A DNA stretch of 64,000 bases from Candidatus Caccoplasma merdipullorum (lineage in GTDB: Bacteria > Bacteroidota > Bacteroidia > Bacteroidales > G3-4614). Below the pieces are notes generated by a model. That model did no database searches. It had not been told where the DNA came from and saw only the letters and a list, made by a program, of their open reading frames with translations. This document shows, piece after piece, positions 27,976-37,744 of this stretch. The first letter of the stretch is position 1. Each line of letters starts with the position of its first letter. The position numbers were made by a program, and so were the translations under genes. The stretch lies in NCBI GenBank assembly GCA_017694415.1, contig JADIMW010000084.1, forward strand, positions 2,794 to 66,793, given 5' to 3'.

Positions 27976-29841
27976 ATGGAAGAAAACCTCAATATCGAAA
28001 ATGAACTGCAATACGGCTCGGATGCTATTGTTACGCTCGACTGGAAAGAGCATATCCGACGCCGTCCCGGAATGTATATCGGCAAATTGGGCGACGGCTC
28101 GCACCCCGAAGACGGTATTTACGTGCTTTTGAAGGAGGTGCTCGACAATGCCATAGATGAATATATGATGGGGTTTGGACGACAGATAATAATAAATATC
28201 GACGGGAACGACGTGGAGGTGCGCGACTTCGGACGCGGTATCCCGCTCGACAAGGTGGGGGACGTATCGTCGAAGATGAATACGGGTGCGAAATACGACT
28301 CGAAGGCATTCAAAAAGTCGGTTGGACTGAACGGCGTAGGTATAAAGGCCGTTAATGCCCTTTCCGAACAATTCCTTATCTGCTCGTTCCGCGACGGAGA
28401 AATGAAAGAGATTCTCTACAACCGCGGGGCTTTGACTAAGGATAACCCGATTGAACCTACCGACAAGCAAAACGGCACGCTGGTACGGTTTACGCCCGAC
28501 GGGGAAAAGTCGATATTCGGCGACTACTCTTATCAGGAGGAGTTCGTGGAGAATCTGGTCAAGAACTATGTTTATCTGAACAGCGGGCTGACTATTGTTT
28601 ACAACGGCCGCAAATATAACTCTAAGGGGGGGCTTACCGACCTGCTTGGCGAAAAGATGACTTCCGAACCGCTCTATCCCATAATCCACCTAAAGGGAGA
28701 CGATATTGAAGTGGCGATAACGCACTGCAACCAGTACGGCGAGGAGTATTATTCGTTCGTGAACGGACAGCATACTACTCAGGGGGGGACTCATCTGGCG
28801 TCTTTTAAAGAGGCTGCGGCAAGAACCATAAAGGAATTTTTCAACAAGAACTTCGAATTTTCGGATATTCGCAACGGCATGGTTGCGGCCGTAAGCATAA
28901 AGGTAGAGGAGCCTGTTTTCGAATCGCAGACAAAAACGAGGTTGGGGTCGAAAGACATGGGCCCCGACGGTCCAACCATAAACAAATTCATAAACGACTT
29001 TCTGAAAAAGGAGCTGGACAACTATCTGCACAAAGAGCCTGCAACGGCCGAGACGATGCAGAAAAAGATACAGGAATCGGAGAAGGAACGCAAGGCTATT
29101 GCCGGGGTAACGAAACTTGCCCGGGAAAGGGCGAAGAAAACCAGCCTGCACAACAAGAAACTGCGCGACTGCCGTATTCATTACAACGATACGAAAGGGG
29201 AGAATCAGGATAAATCGACGATTTTCATAACCGAAGGGGACTCGGCTACGGGTTCTATAACGCTCAGCCGCGACGTGGAGACGCAGGCTGTATTCAGCCT
29301 GCGCGGCAAACCGCTCAATTCGTACGGCAAGACTCGCCGCACGGTTTATGAAAACGAGGAGTTCAACTTGTTGCAGGCCGCGCTGAACGTGGAGGACGGC
29401 ATGGACGGCTTACGCTACAACAAAATAGTTATCGCCACCGATGCCGATGTGGACGGGATGCATATACGCCTGCTGCTTATTACGTTCTTCCTGCAGTTCT
29501 TCCCCGACCTTATAAAGAAGGGGCATGTATATATTCTCCAAACGCCGCTGTTCAGGGTTCGCAACAAACGCGATACGTACTACTGTTATACCGAGGAGGA
29601 GCGGCTGGCTGCGATTGAAAAAACAGGGGCTCACCCCGAAATAACCCGTTTTAAAGGGTTGGGAGAGATTTCGGCGAACGAATTCGCCCATTTTATAGGG
29701 CCCGACATGCGCCTCGACCAAGTTACGCTGCACAAGCAGGACTCGGTTGCCGAAATGCTGGAGTTCTACATGGGGAAGAATACCATGGAACGCCAGAATT
29801 TTATAATACAAAACCTGATAATGGATGAAGACCTGTCATAA
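27976..29841 (+). CDS. parE: DNA topoisomerase IV subunit B (type IIA topoisomerase B subunit)
   Basis: GHKL ATPase ([18 protein letters not shown]) and Toprim ([19 protein letters not shown]) motifs. About 620 aa with no GyrB-type insertion. Start set at the ATG at 27976; the GTG at 27916 is an alternative. Confidence 0.88.
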   Translation: MEENLNIENELQYGSDAIVTLDWKEHIRRRPGMYIGKLGDGSHPEDGIYVLLKEVLDNAIDEYMMGFGRQIIINIDGNDVEVRDFGRGIPLDKVGDVSSKMNTGAKYDSKAFKKSVGLNGVGIKAVNALSEQFLICSFRDGEMKEILYNRGALTKDNPIEPTDKQNGTLVRFTPDGEKSIFGDYSYQEEFVENLVKNYVYLNSGLTIVYNGRKYNSKGGLTDLLGEKMTSEPLYPIIHLKGDDIEVAITHCNQYGEEYYSFVNGQHTTQGGTHLASFKEAAARTIKEFFNKNFEFSDIRNGMVAAVSIKVEEPVFESQTKTRLGSKDMGPDGPTINKFINDFLKKELDNYLHKEPATAETMQKKIQESEKERKAIAGVTKLARERAKKTSLHNKKLRDCRIHYNDTKGENQDKSTIFITEGDSATGSITLSRDVETQAVFSLRGKPLNSYGKTRRTVYENEEFNLLQAALNVEDGMDGLRYNKIVIATDADVDGMHIRLLLITFFLQFFPDLIKKGHVYILQTPLFRVRNKRDTYYCYTEEERLAAIEKTGAHPEITRFKGLGEISANEFAHFIGPDMRLDQVTLHKQDSVAEMLEFYMGKNTMERQNFIIQNLIMDEDLS

Positions 29842-30301
29842 ACGCACGCTCCTCTTTCCGGGGAGTTTCGACCCTTTTACCAAAGGTCATCTGTCGATAG
29901 TTGAAAGGGGGCTGAAGATTGCCGACCGCATTGTTGTCGCCGTGGGGATAAACGAAGCCAAACGCTGCATGTTCTCTGCCGAAGAGCGTGTAAATGCCAT
30001 AAAGGGAGTATTTGCCGCGGATGAGAGGATAAGCGTAGTTACATACGGCGGACTTACCGTCGATGCGGTAAAGGAATCGGACGCCGACGGTATTCTGCGC
30101 GGCGTAAGGACGCTTGCCGACTTCGAATATGAACGGAACATGGCCGATATGAACAGAATGCTTGCGGGGATTGAAACCGTATTGCTCTTTTCAGAACCGG
30201 AACTGGCCTGTATCAGCTCGTCGGCTCTGCGCGAACTGATAAAATTCGGACGCGATATTTCTCCTTTTATTCCCGAAGGGTTAATGCTGCCCAAAAAATA
30301 A
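29825..30301 (+). CDS. coaD: pantetheine-phosphate adenylyltransferase
   Basis: 158 aa with the [12 protein letters not shown] motif. Overlaps the parE 3' end by 17 nt. Confidence 0.93.
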   Translation: MKTCHKRTLLFPGSFDPFTKGHLSIVERGLKIADRIVVAVGINEAKRCMFSAEERVNAIKGVFAADERISVVTYGGLTVDAVKESDADGILRGVRTLADFEYERNMADMNRMLAGIETVLLFSEPELACISSSALRELIKFGRDISPFIPEGLMLPKK

Positions 30302-30348
30302 ACTTGACTCAAACCTGTCTGTTAATAATGCGATTTTTCCACTTTGTT

Positions 30349-31947
30349 ATGAAAAGGTTTTTAATTATCGTTGCGATGCTCGCAACCGTAAATGCATACG
30401 CCCAGCTGAATATGACGGAAGAGGGAAGGAAACTGATGCTGGCCGATTATGCTATAACCAACCTGTATGTCGATTCGGTTGATGAAAGCAGCATAGTAGA
30501 GGCCGGCATAAGAGCCATGATAGAGAAACTCGACCCTCATTCGTCGTACATGACACCTGCCGAGGTAAAGGAGATGAGCGAGAATCTCGACGGTAATTTC
30601 GACGGCATCGGGATTCAGTTCACGATGCTGCGCGACACGGCTTATGTTCTGCAAACCATTTCGGGCGGCCCGTCGGAAAAATGCGGTATTGCGGCGGGGG
30701 ACAAGATTGTGTTTATCAACGATACGCTGGTGGCCGGGAAAGGGATGAACGCCTCGGATATAAAAAACAAGTTGCGCGGCAAACGCGGCACTACGGTAAA
30801 CCTGCTGGTAAAAAGGGGCGGCGAGCAGAGTCTCCTGCCGTTCAAGATTACGCGCGACCAGATTCCGCTGTACAGCGTCGATGCGGCATATATGGTAGAC
30901 AAACGTATAGGGTACGTAAAAATAAGCCGTTTTGCAGCCACTACTTTCGAGGAGTTCATCGAGGAGGTGGTAAGGATGATAAGGTTTAAACGGATGAAAT
31001 CGCTGATTATCGACCTGCAGGGAAACGGCGGCGGATATATGTCGGCTGCCACACATATAGCCAACATGCTGCTCGACAAAGGGGAACTGATTGTATATAC
31101 CGAAGGGCGAAAGTCGCCGAGAAGCGAGGAGAGGGCTGCCGACAGGGGACTCTTCAGGGACGGCAAACTGGTAATTCTGGTGGACGAGAATTCGGCATCG
31201 GCATCTGAAATACTTGCAGGGGCTGTGCAGGACTGGGACAGAGGGGTTATCGTGGGACGCAGGACGTTCGGAAAAGGTCTTGTGCAACGCCCTATTCAAA
31301 TGCCCGACGGCTCGATGATAAAACTTACGACAGCACGTTACTACACGCCTACCGGCCGCTCCATACAACGCCCTTACGACAAGGGGAACAAAGCTTACGG
31401 CATGGATTTGATTGAACGGTACAACCACGGCGAAATGGTCAGCGCCGACAGCATACGGCTTGACGATTCGCTGAAATACTATACGTTCAAGAACAAACGC
31501 ACCGTGTATGGCGGGGGCGGGATAATGCCGGACTGCTTTATTCCGCTGGATACGACAAGGTATTCCGACTTCCACCGCGACATAATCGCCAAAGGGGTGC
31601 TGCCGCGCGTTGCCACGGATTATGTGGAGGCAAACCGTAAAACTTTAACCGATACGTACAAAAAGGAGGAGACGTTCATAGAGGAGTTCGACGTGGACAA
31701 CATGCTGATAGATGCACTGTGCAAAGCGGCCGAGAAGGAGAATATCGCCGTCGCGGAGGAACAGCTCCACCGCTCGCTGCCTCTGATTAAACTGCAACTG
31801 AAAGCGATGATAGGGCGCGAGATATTCGATTCTTCTACTTTCTTCAAGATTACGAACAGCGCCAATGACGCCCTGCAGCGCGCGATAGAGATAATAAGCA
31901 ACGATGAGGAATATAATTCGCTGCTGGGAGTGAAACAGGGCAAATAG
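30349..31947 (+). CDS. S41 family C-terminal processing peptidase
   Basis: Signal peptide MKRFLIIVAMLATVNAYA|Q, a PDZ domain, and the catalytic region NSASASEILAGA...GRRTFGKG. Confidence 0.9.
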   Translation: MKRFLIIVAMLATVNAYAQLNMTEEGRKLMLADYAITNLYVDSVDESSIVEAGIRAMIEKLDPHSSYMTPAEVKEMSENLDGNFDGIGIQFTMLRDTAYVLQTISGGPSEKCGIAAGDKIVFINDTLVAGKGMNASDIKNKLRGKRGTTVNLLVKRGGEQSLLPFKITRDQIPLYSVDAAYMVDKRIGYVKISRFAATTFEEFIEEVVRMIRFKRMKSLIIDLQGNGGGYMSAATHIANMLLDKGELIVYTEGRKSPRSEERAADRGLFRDGKLVILVDENSASASEILAGAVQDWDRGVIVGRRTFGKGLVQRPIQMPDGSMIKLTTARYYTPTGRSIQRPYDKGNKAYGMDLIERYNHGEMVSADSIRLDDSLKYYTFKNKRTVYGGGGIMPDCFIPLDTTRYSDFHRDIIAKGVLPRVATDYVEANRKTLTDTYKKEETFIEEFDVDNMLIDALCKAAEKENIAVAEEQLHRSLPLIKLQLKAMIGREIFDSSTFFKITNSANDALQRAIEIISNDEEYNSLLGVKQGK

Positions 31948-31962
31948 CGGATTTTGCACCCC

Positions 31963-33069
31963 TTAATCGTTCCACTCGAAAAGCACCTTTACGGGATAAT
32001 GGTCGGAGTAACATACATGCTCTATCTCCGTTTTTATCGGTCGTAACGCTTTTCCGTACAGGACATGGTCTATTCTGAAATAGAAACGGTCGCGGTTATA
32101 TGTTATTCCCGGGCCGTTTCCAGTTTTTGCATAGGCATCGTCGAGCTTCCCCCTTATCTTGTTGTAGGTGTATGACTGCGGGGTATCGTTGAAATCGCCG
32201 CAGACTATGATATTGTCGCCCAATCCGGCTATGGCTGCCGATATTGTATCGGCCTGCGATGCCCTAAGCATCGATGCCAGCCCGAACTTGCGTATCAGAT
32301 GCTTCTTTATGCCGTCCTGATATTCGTCAATCTTGTCGGGGTGGTTCGACAGGTATTTGAAAAACCCGCGGTCTTTAAGCGATAGTTTGTTCGATGCCAA
32401 ATGGTTTACTACAAGCGACAACTTGCGGCCGTTTACATCGAGGGTGCAAAGAATGGAGCTGTTCTGCCCCGGCGACAGTATCTGCACGGTATCGGTAATG
32501 GGGTACTTGGAGTAGCAGGCTATGCCCAACCGCGTTATCCAGTCGCCTCCATATGCAAAAACGGCTCGGTATGGATAGACTTTCGTCAGGGCGGTATCGA
32601 TATTTATCCGGCTCAAGTTGCTGCCATCAGTGGTGTATCCGTATTCTTGCAGGCAGACTATGTCCGCTCCCGATTTTTTCACATACTCTATTATGGGGTT
32701 GCTCTTCTTTGAATTATGTTTGGCGTATTGCGAAAAGGCGCAGACGTTGTATGTGAGCAGCGACAGGGTGTCTCCTCCCTTTTGCTGCTGCGGTATTACA
32801 TGCAGGGGCGAATACAGGAATATGGGCCCGGAACAGACAAACAGCGAAAAAAGCGTTATCAACGCCACCTTGTTCCACTGCACGACCCAGAATATAAAGA
32901 GCAGGATATTCAACAGCAATACTCCCGGAAATATAATGGCCATGTATGCCATGTAATGGTACTTTTCGGGTGATACGAGATGCGCGTATGCCGATATTGC
33001 AAGCAACACGCCGGCAAAAATACCGATTGCCGCACCTATCGAGTTGTAAGTACGTTTTAAGATTCCCAT
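31963..33069 (-). CDS. endonuclease/exonuclease/phosphatase (EEP) family membrane protein
   Basis: N-terminal TM helices followed by an EEP domain (LLTYNV..., CLQEY, SDHYPV at the C-terminus). Confidence 0.8.
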   Translation of the reverse strand: MGILKRTYNSIGAAIGIFAGVLLAISAYAHLVSPEKYHYMAYMAIIFPGVLLLNILLFIFWVVQWNKVALITLFSLFVCSGPIFLYSPLHVIPQQQKGGDTLSLLTYNVCAFSQYAKHNSKKSNPIIEYVKKSGADIVCLQEYGYTTDGSNLSRINIDTALTKVYPYRAVFAYGGDWITRLGIACYSKYPITDTVQILSPGQNSSILCTLDVNGRKLSLVVNHLASNKLSLKDRGFFKYLSNHPDKIDEYQDGIKKHLIRKFGLASMLRASQADTISAAIAGLGDNIIVCGDFNDTPQSYTYNKIRGKLDDAYAKTGNGPGITYNRDRFYFRIDHVLYGKALRPIKTEIEHVCYSDHYPVKVLFEWND

Positions 33070-33079
33070 CTTCTTTTTG

Positions 33080-33793
33080 TTAAAAATACGGTCCTCCTCC
33101 TATCCCCTTCTTTCGCCAGTACCTGATGAGGAAGAATCCGAAGAGCATGCCGCCGAGGTGCGCGAAATGCGCCACATTGTCGCCCGACATGTTCGCCACG
33201 CCGTAGAAGAGTTCTATCAACCCGTAAAATGCAACGAAATATTTTGCTTTTATGGGTATGGGGATAAACATTATGAAGAGCTCTGCATTGGGGAACAGCA
33301 TGCCGAATGCCAGAAGTATGCCGAATACAGCCCCCGACGCCCCTATTGTATTCAACAATGTAACATACTGCTCTACGGGTATTGTTACCGCTGCGCCGTA
33401 TATGGTGGGTACTGTTACGCCGCTGACGCCTATAAGGGGTATGAACCATACGAGTTCCTGTATTATTCCCGCTCCGATACCTGTGGTAATGTAATATATG
33501 AGAAACCGCTTCGAACCCCAGACTGCTTCCAACGTGCGGCCGAAGATAAATACGGAGAACATGTTGAAAAAGACATGCCCGATAGACGAGGTATCGTGCA
33601 TGAACATATATGTTATGAACTGGACGGCGTTGAAATTGTCGGCCGTGATATAGTGAAGCCCCAGATAATCGGCAAGCGAAAACGAATAGCGGCTCTGCAA
33701 CACTACCGACGCCAGCCATATTATAAAGTTTATTATTACCAGATTTTTGGTAACCGGAGGAATACTGGAAAAAAACGAACGTCCGAAAGACAT
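33080..33793 (-). CDS. rhomboid family intramembrane serine protease
   Basis: GASGAVFG catalytic Ser motif and the HLGG His motif, with 6 TM segments. Confidence 0.88.
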   Translation of the reverse strand: MSFGRSFFSSIPPVTKNLVIINFIIWLASVVLQSRYSFSLADYLGLHYITADNFNAVQFITYMFMHDTSSIGHVFFNMFSVFIFGRTLEAVWGSKRFLIYYITTGIGAGIIQELVWFIPLIGVSGVTVPTIYGAAVTIPVEQYVTLLNTIGASGAVFGILLAFGMLFPNAELFIMFIPIPIKAKYFVAFYGLIELFYGVANMSGDNVAHFAHLGGMLFGFFLIRYWRKKGIGGGPYF

Positions 33794-33990
33794 ATCTTGT
33801 AAAATATCGCTTGTTGTATCAACCTAATACGGTAAATATTGTTTTCTGTTCATGACACGGATAACGCTCCGCGCACACAAAATTACGGAAAAATCCGGGT
33901 TACGTTGATAATTTATACGACAACTCTGTATTTTTTGACTTTTTTTCGAAAAATATCAAATTAACTTATTGGGTATTAATTTTATATAGT

Positions 33991-33998
33991 TATATTTG
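33991..33998 (+). promoter_or_regulatory. -7 promoter box TATATTTG
   Basis: Matches TAnnTTTG, about 60 nt upstream of the hup ATG. Confidence 0.45.
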
Positions 33999-34059
33999 CA
34001 GAGACTTCGAGGATGATATTTTCACCTCTCCAATAACTAATTATAAAAAATAAAGCTTT

Positions 34060-34332
34060 ATGAACAAATCAGAATTAATCAATGCTATTGCAGAACAGGC
34101 CGGATTAACGAAAGTTGATGCAAAAAAAGCCCTCGAAGCTTTTATATGCGCAGTTTCCGACGCAATGGCAAAAGGAGACAAGGTTGCATTAGTAGGATTC
34201 GGAACATTCTCTGTTAATGAGAAAGGCGAAAGAACCGGTATCAATCCTGCAACGAAAGAGAAAATAACCATACCCGCAAAGAAAGTGGTTAAATTCAAAG
34301 CCGGAGCCGAATTGGCAGACAAAGTAAAATAA
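34060..34332 (+). CDS. hup: HU family DNA-binding protein
   Basis: 90 aa starting MNKSELINAIAEQAGLTKVDAKKAL...GFGTF...R.GINPATKE, the canonical HU pattern. Confidence 0.95.
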   Translation: MNKSELINAIAEQAGLTKVDAKKALEAFICAVSDAMAKGDKVALVGFGTFSVNEKGERTGINPATKEKITIPAKKVVKFKAGAELADKVK

Positions 34333-34425
34333 AGACCGACTGCCATCCCCCTTCCCCGACATCCGCCCAAAAGCGGGACATGTTGCTGACAAGCGAGAAA
34401 GGAGAGGAATTGAAACAACGGCGAC

Positions 34426-34474
34426 AGAAATTCCCGTTAAAAGAGACAGGAAAACTCTTTTAACGGGAATTTCT
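34426..34474. terminator. long perfect hairpin (20-bp stem, 9-nt loop)
   Basis: agaaattcccgttaaaagag / ctcttttaacgggaatttct are perfectly complementary, located between convergent hup and the POT gene. Confidence 0.7.
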
Positions 34475-34504
34475 CATAACAGAGGGAGGGGGGTGGTGCG
34501 AATA

Positions 34505-34546
34505 AACAGGGGGCGCACCGGGAAAAACACCGGTACGCCCCCTGTT
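34505..34546. terminator. second hairpin (17-bp stem, 1 mismatch)
   Basis: aacagggggcgcaccgg / ccggtacgccccctgtt, followed on the plus strand by gccgtttta. Confidence 0.6.
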
Positions 34547-34643
34547 GCCGTTTTATCCATGTTGCACGCCGCTTATAGCGACTCCTGCGGTTGGTTAGCG
34601 CAGGGAGTGCGGTTTTGCTATGCAATGCCCCGAATGTACGATT

Positions 34644-36320
34644 TTACTTTGTTGCGGCCTCTATCCGCTTCATCAAGCTGAATATTATCGCGGCGGAGAG
34701 GAGGCAACATGCCATAAGCAAACCCCATACGCACCAGAGCGGGAGGGGGCCCCATAAATACCCTACCACCGAAACGAGGTAATTGCCTATGGCCGTAGCC
34801 GCGAACCAGCACCCCATCATAGCCCCTTTATAGCGCGGAGGAGCGACTTTCGACACGAACGATATTCCCATAGGGGAAAGGAGCAGTTCGGCGAACGTAA
34901 GGCTTAAATAGGTATATATAAGCCAATCGGGCGACACGAGACGGTCGCTTACGCCGGCCGCCTTAAGTTCATTGGGGGTCATGAGCCCTGCCGAGCCTAT
35001 CACGAGTATCATGAACGCTGCTGCGGCGACTATCATTCCGTACCCTATCTTGCGCGGTGCGCTCGGCTCTTTGCCGCGTTTAGCCAGCGTGGAGAAAATC
35101 CATACCGACAGCGGCGTTAGGACTATTACGAAAAACGGATTGAACTGCTGGAATATCGACGGGTTTATTGCTATTACCGATTCCATGCTGAAATACCGGT
35201 ATATTGCAACTGCGAGCGATACGACGGCAACCGAGGCCGAGATTGTTTTCCCGCGCATTCCCGACGAGCGTGCCATAAAAATAAGCGAATAGATAAAGAG
35301 TATGGCACAGGTGAGGGTAAGGGTGTCGAACCACATGCGGCCGTCGCCGGTTATCAGGTGCGCCGTATAGTCGCGGGCGAACAGCGTCATTGTCAATCCG
35401 TTCTGGTGGAACGCCATCCAGAAGAATATGACTATGGCGAAAACGAGCAGCAGCGCAACGATGCGTTTGCGGGTCTGCTCGGGTGTCAGCTCCTCGACAA
35501 CTGCGGCTTTACGGCCTTTGTCGGCCGATGCCGCCGTGCGGCAGTCGGCATGTATATATGTTTTACGGAAGATTCGGTATATCAGCACGGAGACTATAAG
35601 CGACAGGCAGGCTACCGCAAAACTGTAACTGTACGAATCGGAAACGGCCGTTATGTACGAGTTGCAGAATGTTGCCATGTCGCCGGTCTGCTGTTGTGCT
35701 TCTTTTAACCCGTTCAACACGTTCATTCCCTGTTCGGTTATCGTACCGTCGAGGTACTGGTGCGCCAGAGCGGGTATCGACGAATCGTAAACAAACCCTT
35801 TTTTGGTAAGGAAATAGTCGGTTACGGCATTTGCCGCCGAGGGTGCGAAGAATGCTCCGAGGTTTATGGCCATGTAAAATATCGAGAAGGCCGTATCGCG
35901 CATCGACGAATAGCGGGGTTCGTCGTACAGGTTTCCCATCAGCACTTGCAGGTTGCCTTTGAAAAGCCCCGTCCCCATGGCTATCAGAAAGAGCGCGGCG
36001 AACATTACCGCCAGCGAGAATGTTCCGCCGTGCAGCGGCAGCGACAGACAGAGGTATCCGGCAAACATTATTGCGAAGCCGTAACTTATCATCTTCCCGT
36101 AGCCGAAGCGGTCGGCAAGTATTCCGCCTATCAGCGGCATGAAATAGACTGCGGCGAGAAAACCGCCGTAAACCGTGGAGGCGTATCCTTCGGAAAAGCC
36201 GTATTTTGCCTGTAAATACAATACGAAAATCGCTATCATCGTATAGTATCCGAATCGTTCTCCGGTATTGGCCAGTGCCAATGCGTACAACCCTTTCGGG
36301 TGATTTCCCAATATACTCAT
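34644..36320 (-). CDS. proton-dependent oligopeptide transporter (POT/PTR2 family, MFS)
   Basis: 558 aa with the N-terminal ERFGYY motif, GGILADRFGYGK and about 14 TM segments. Confidence 0.9.
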   Translation of the reverse strand: MSILGNHPKGLYALALANTGERFGYYTMIAIFVLYLQAKYGFSEGYASTVYGGFLAAVYFMPLIGGILADRFGYGKMISYGFAIMFAGYLCLSLPLHGGTFSLAVMFAALFLIAMGTGLFKGNLQVLMGNLYDEPRYSSMRDTAFSIFYMAINLGAFFAPSAANAVTDYFLTKKGFVYDSSIPALAHQYLDGTITEQGMNVLNGLKEAQQQTGDMATFCNSYITAVSDSYSYSFAVACLSLIVSVLIYRIFRKTYIHADCRTAASADKGRKAAVVEELTPEQTRKRIVALLLVFAIVIFFWMAFHQNGLTMTLFARDYTAHLITGDGRMWFDTLTLTCAILFIYSLIFMARSSGMRGKTISASVAVVSLAVAIYRYFSMESVIAINPSIFQQFNPFFVIVLTPLSVWIFSTLAKRGKEPSAPRKIGYGMIVAAAAFMILVIGSAGLMTPNELKAAGVSDRLVSPDWLIYTYLSLTFAELLLSPMGISFVSKVAPPRYKGAMMGCWFAATAIGNYLVSVVGYLWGPLPLWCVWGLLMACCLLSAAIIFSLMKRIEAATK

Positions 36321-36332
36321 CTTTCTTTCCTG

Positions 36333-36767
36333 TTATTTTTTCGCGGTATAGGCTACCGCATACAACTTCATCTGTTTTACCATCGACAACAGTCCGTTGG
36401 AACGCGTCGGGGAGAGGTTCTCGCGCAATCCTATCTTTTCTATGAAATAGAGGTCGCTGTCGGCTATCTCTTCGGGTGTATGTCCCGACAGGACGTTTAC
36501 CAGCATGGCTACTATCCCTTTTACTATAAGAGCGTCGCTGTCGGCCTGAAATGTTATCACTCCGTCGTTGTAATCGGCCTGAAGCCATACGCGGCTCTGA
36601 CACCCTTCTATCAGGTTGTCGTCGGTTCGGTATTGTTCGGGCAACGGCGGAAGCGTGTCGGCCATGTCCATAATCAGGGAATACTTGTCCATCCAGTCGT
36701 CGAAACCGGAGAACTCCTCTATCAACTCGTCCTGTAATTCATCAATACTCTTCATCTCTTCTGTCAT
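36333..36767 (-). CDS. sufE: SufE family sulfur acceptor protein
   Basis: 144 aa with EGCQSRVW (conserved Cys) and ADSDALIVKG. Confidence 0.85.
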   Translation of the reverse strand: MTEEMKSIDELQDELIEEFSGFDDWMDKYSLIMDMADTLPPLPEQYRTDDNLIEGCQSRVWLQADYNDGVITFQADSDALIVKGIVAMLVNVLSGHTPEEIADSDLYFIEKIGLRENLSPTRSNGLLSMVKQMKLYAVAYTAKK

Positions 36768-37744
36768 TCTTTATATATTACCGATAGTACCGTCGCTCCG
36801 ACGGCCTTCATCGTATTTTTGTCTATGTTGTCGATATTGTCGCCGAGCGTATGCCAATACGGTGGGAAACAGTTTTCGGGCGTATATGCTATTATGTCCA
36901 CGCACGGTATTCCGGTGTATTCGTTTACGAAATAGTGGTCGTCGGTTACGGTACATCCGCGGCGGGGTATGAAATAGGATCCGTATCCTATGTCGGATGC
37001 TTCTTTCCATATTTTATCGACCTGTGTCGAGGCGTATTGAACCGAGTATTGTTCCTTGTGGAATACGCTGCCGCGACCTGCAACCATGTCGAGCAGTATG
37101 CCGAACTCGGCTCTGTATCCTGCCTTGTGCGGATTCTTGCTCCAGTATTGCGAACCGAGACACCATGTCCGGTCGGGGTCGGTAACGGATGAGGCGAAAT
37201 AAGGTGCGCCATAGTCTTCGGCATCGAACAGGACTATATCGACGCCTGCCGACGGTGCGGAGCTGCCTATCTGACGCGCTATTTCGAGCAGTACGGCAAC
37301 CGATGCCGCCCCGTCGTCGGCACCGGGTATCGGCTTGCGATGATTGGCGGGGTCGGGGTCGTTATCGGCATAGGGGCGGCTGTCCCAATGTGCCATGAGC
37401 AGTATCCGTTTCTGTTTTTCGGGGGAGAAACTGCCTATTATGTTTGTTATGTCCAGCTCCGTGCCGTCGTATGCGGTAACTTTTGCTGTCTGCGGCGTTA
37501 CTTCGGCTCCGTGCCGGGCGAGTTCCTTTTGCAGGTATTCGGCCGTGGCCCTGTGCGCCGGAGTGTTGGGGATACGGTATCCGAATTCGAGCTGTTTCTG
37601 CGTGTAGCTGTATGCGCTGTCGGCATTGAATTCGGGTACTGCGGGGCGTTCAGCCTCGTTCGTCGCGGAGGCTTTTCCTCCGCTGCAACCGCTTACGAGA
37701 GCCATAAGCGATATTATCAGCATGTAGTGTTTTATCCGTGTCAT
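36764..37744 (-). CDS. M28-family glutaminyl-peptide cyclotransferase-like lipoprotein
   Basis: Lipobox LVSGC. Motifs AHWDSRPYADNDPD...PIPGADDGAASVAVLLE and DAEDYG are typical of animal-type (type II) glutaminyl cyclases of Bacteroidota. ATGA overlaps at both ends. Confidence 0.8.
   Translation of the reverse strand: MTRIKHYMLIISLMALVSGCSGGKASATNEAERPAVPEFNADSAYSYTQKQLEFGYRIPNTPAHRATAEYLQKELARHGAEVTPQTAKVTAYDGTELDITNIIGSFSPEKQKRILLMAHWDSRPYADNDPDPANHRKPIPGADDGAASVAVLLEIARQIGSSAPSAGVDIVLFDAEDYGAPYFASSVTDPDRTWCLGSQYWSKNPHKAGYRAEFGILLDMVAGRGSVFHKEQYSVQYASTQVDKIWKEASDIGYGSYFIPRRGCTVTDDHYFVNEYTGIPCVDIIAYTPENCFPPYWHTLGDNIDNIDKNTMKAVGATVLSVIYKE

Noticed and set aside
30361-31575. Very long antisense ORFs opposite real genes. 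Examples: 404 aa opposite the S41 peptidase, 449 aa at 53877-55226 and 294 aa at 55269-56153 opposite DUF2723, 345 aa at 14096-15133 opposite uvrC, 331 aa at 18574-19569 opposite the TBDR, 314 aa at 45968-46912 opposite topA, and 309 aa at 58243-59172 opposite the WG-repeat gene.
   Set aside because: Their translations are Arg/His/Val/Phe-rich and not protein-like, while the opposite strand carries unmistakable conserved proteins. Long stop-free antisense frames are expected when sense codons TTA, CTA and TCA are rare. I treat them as codon-bias shadows, not overlapping genes.
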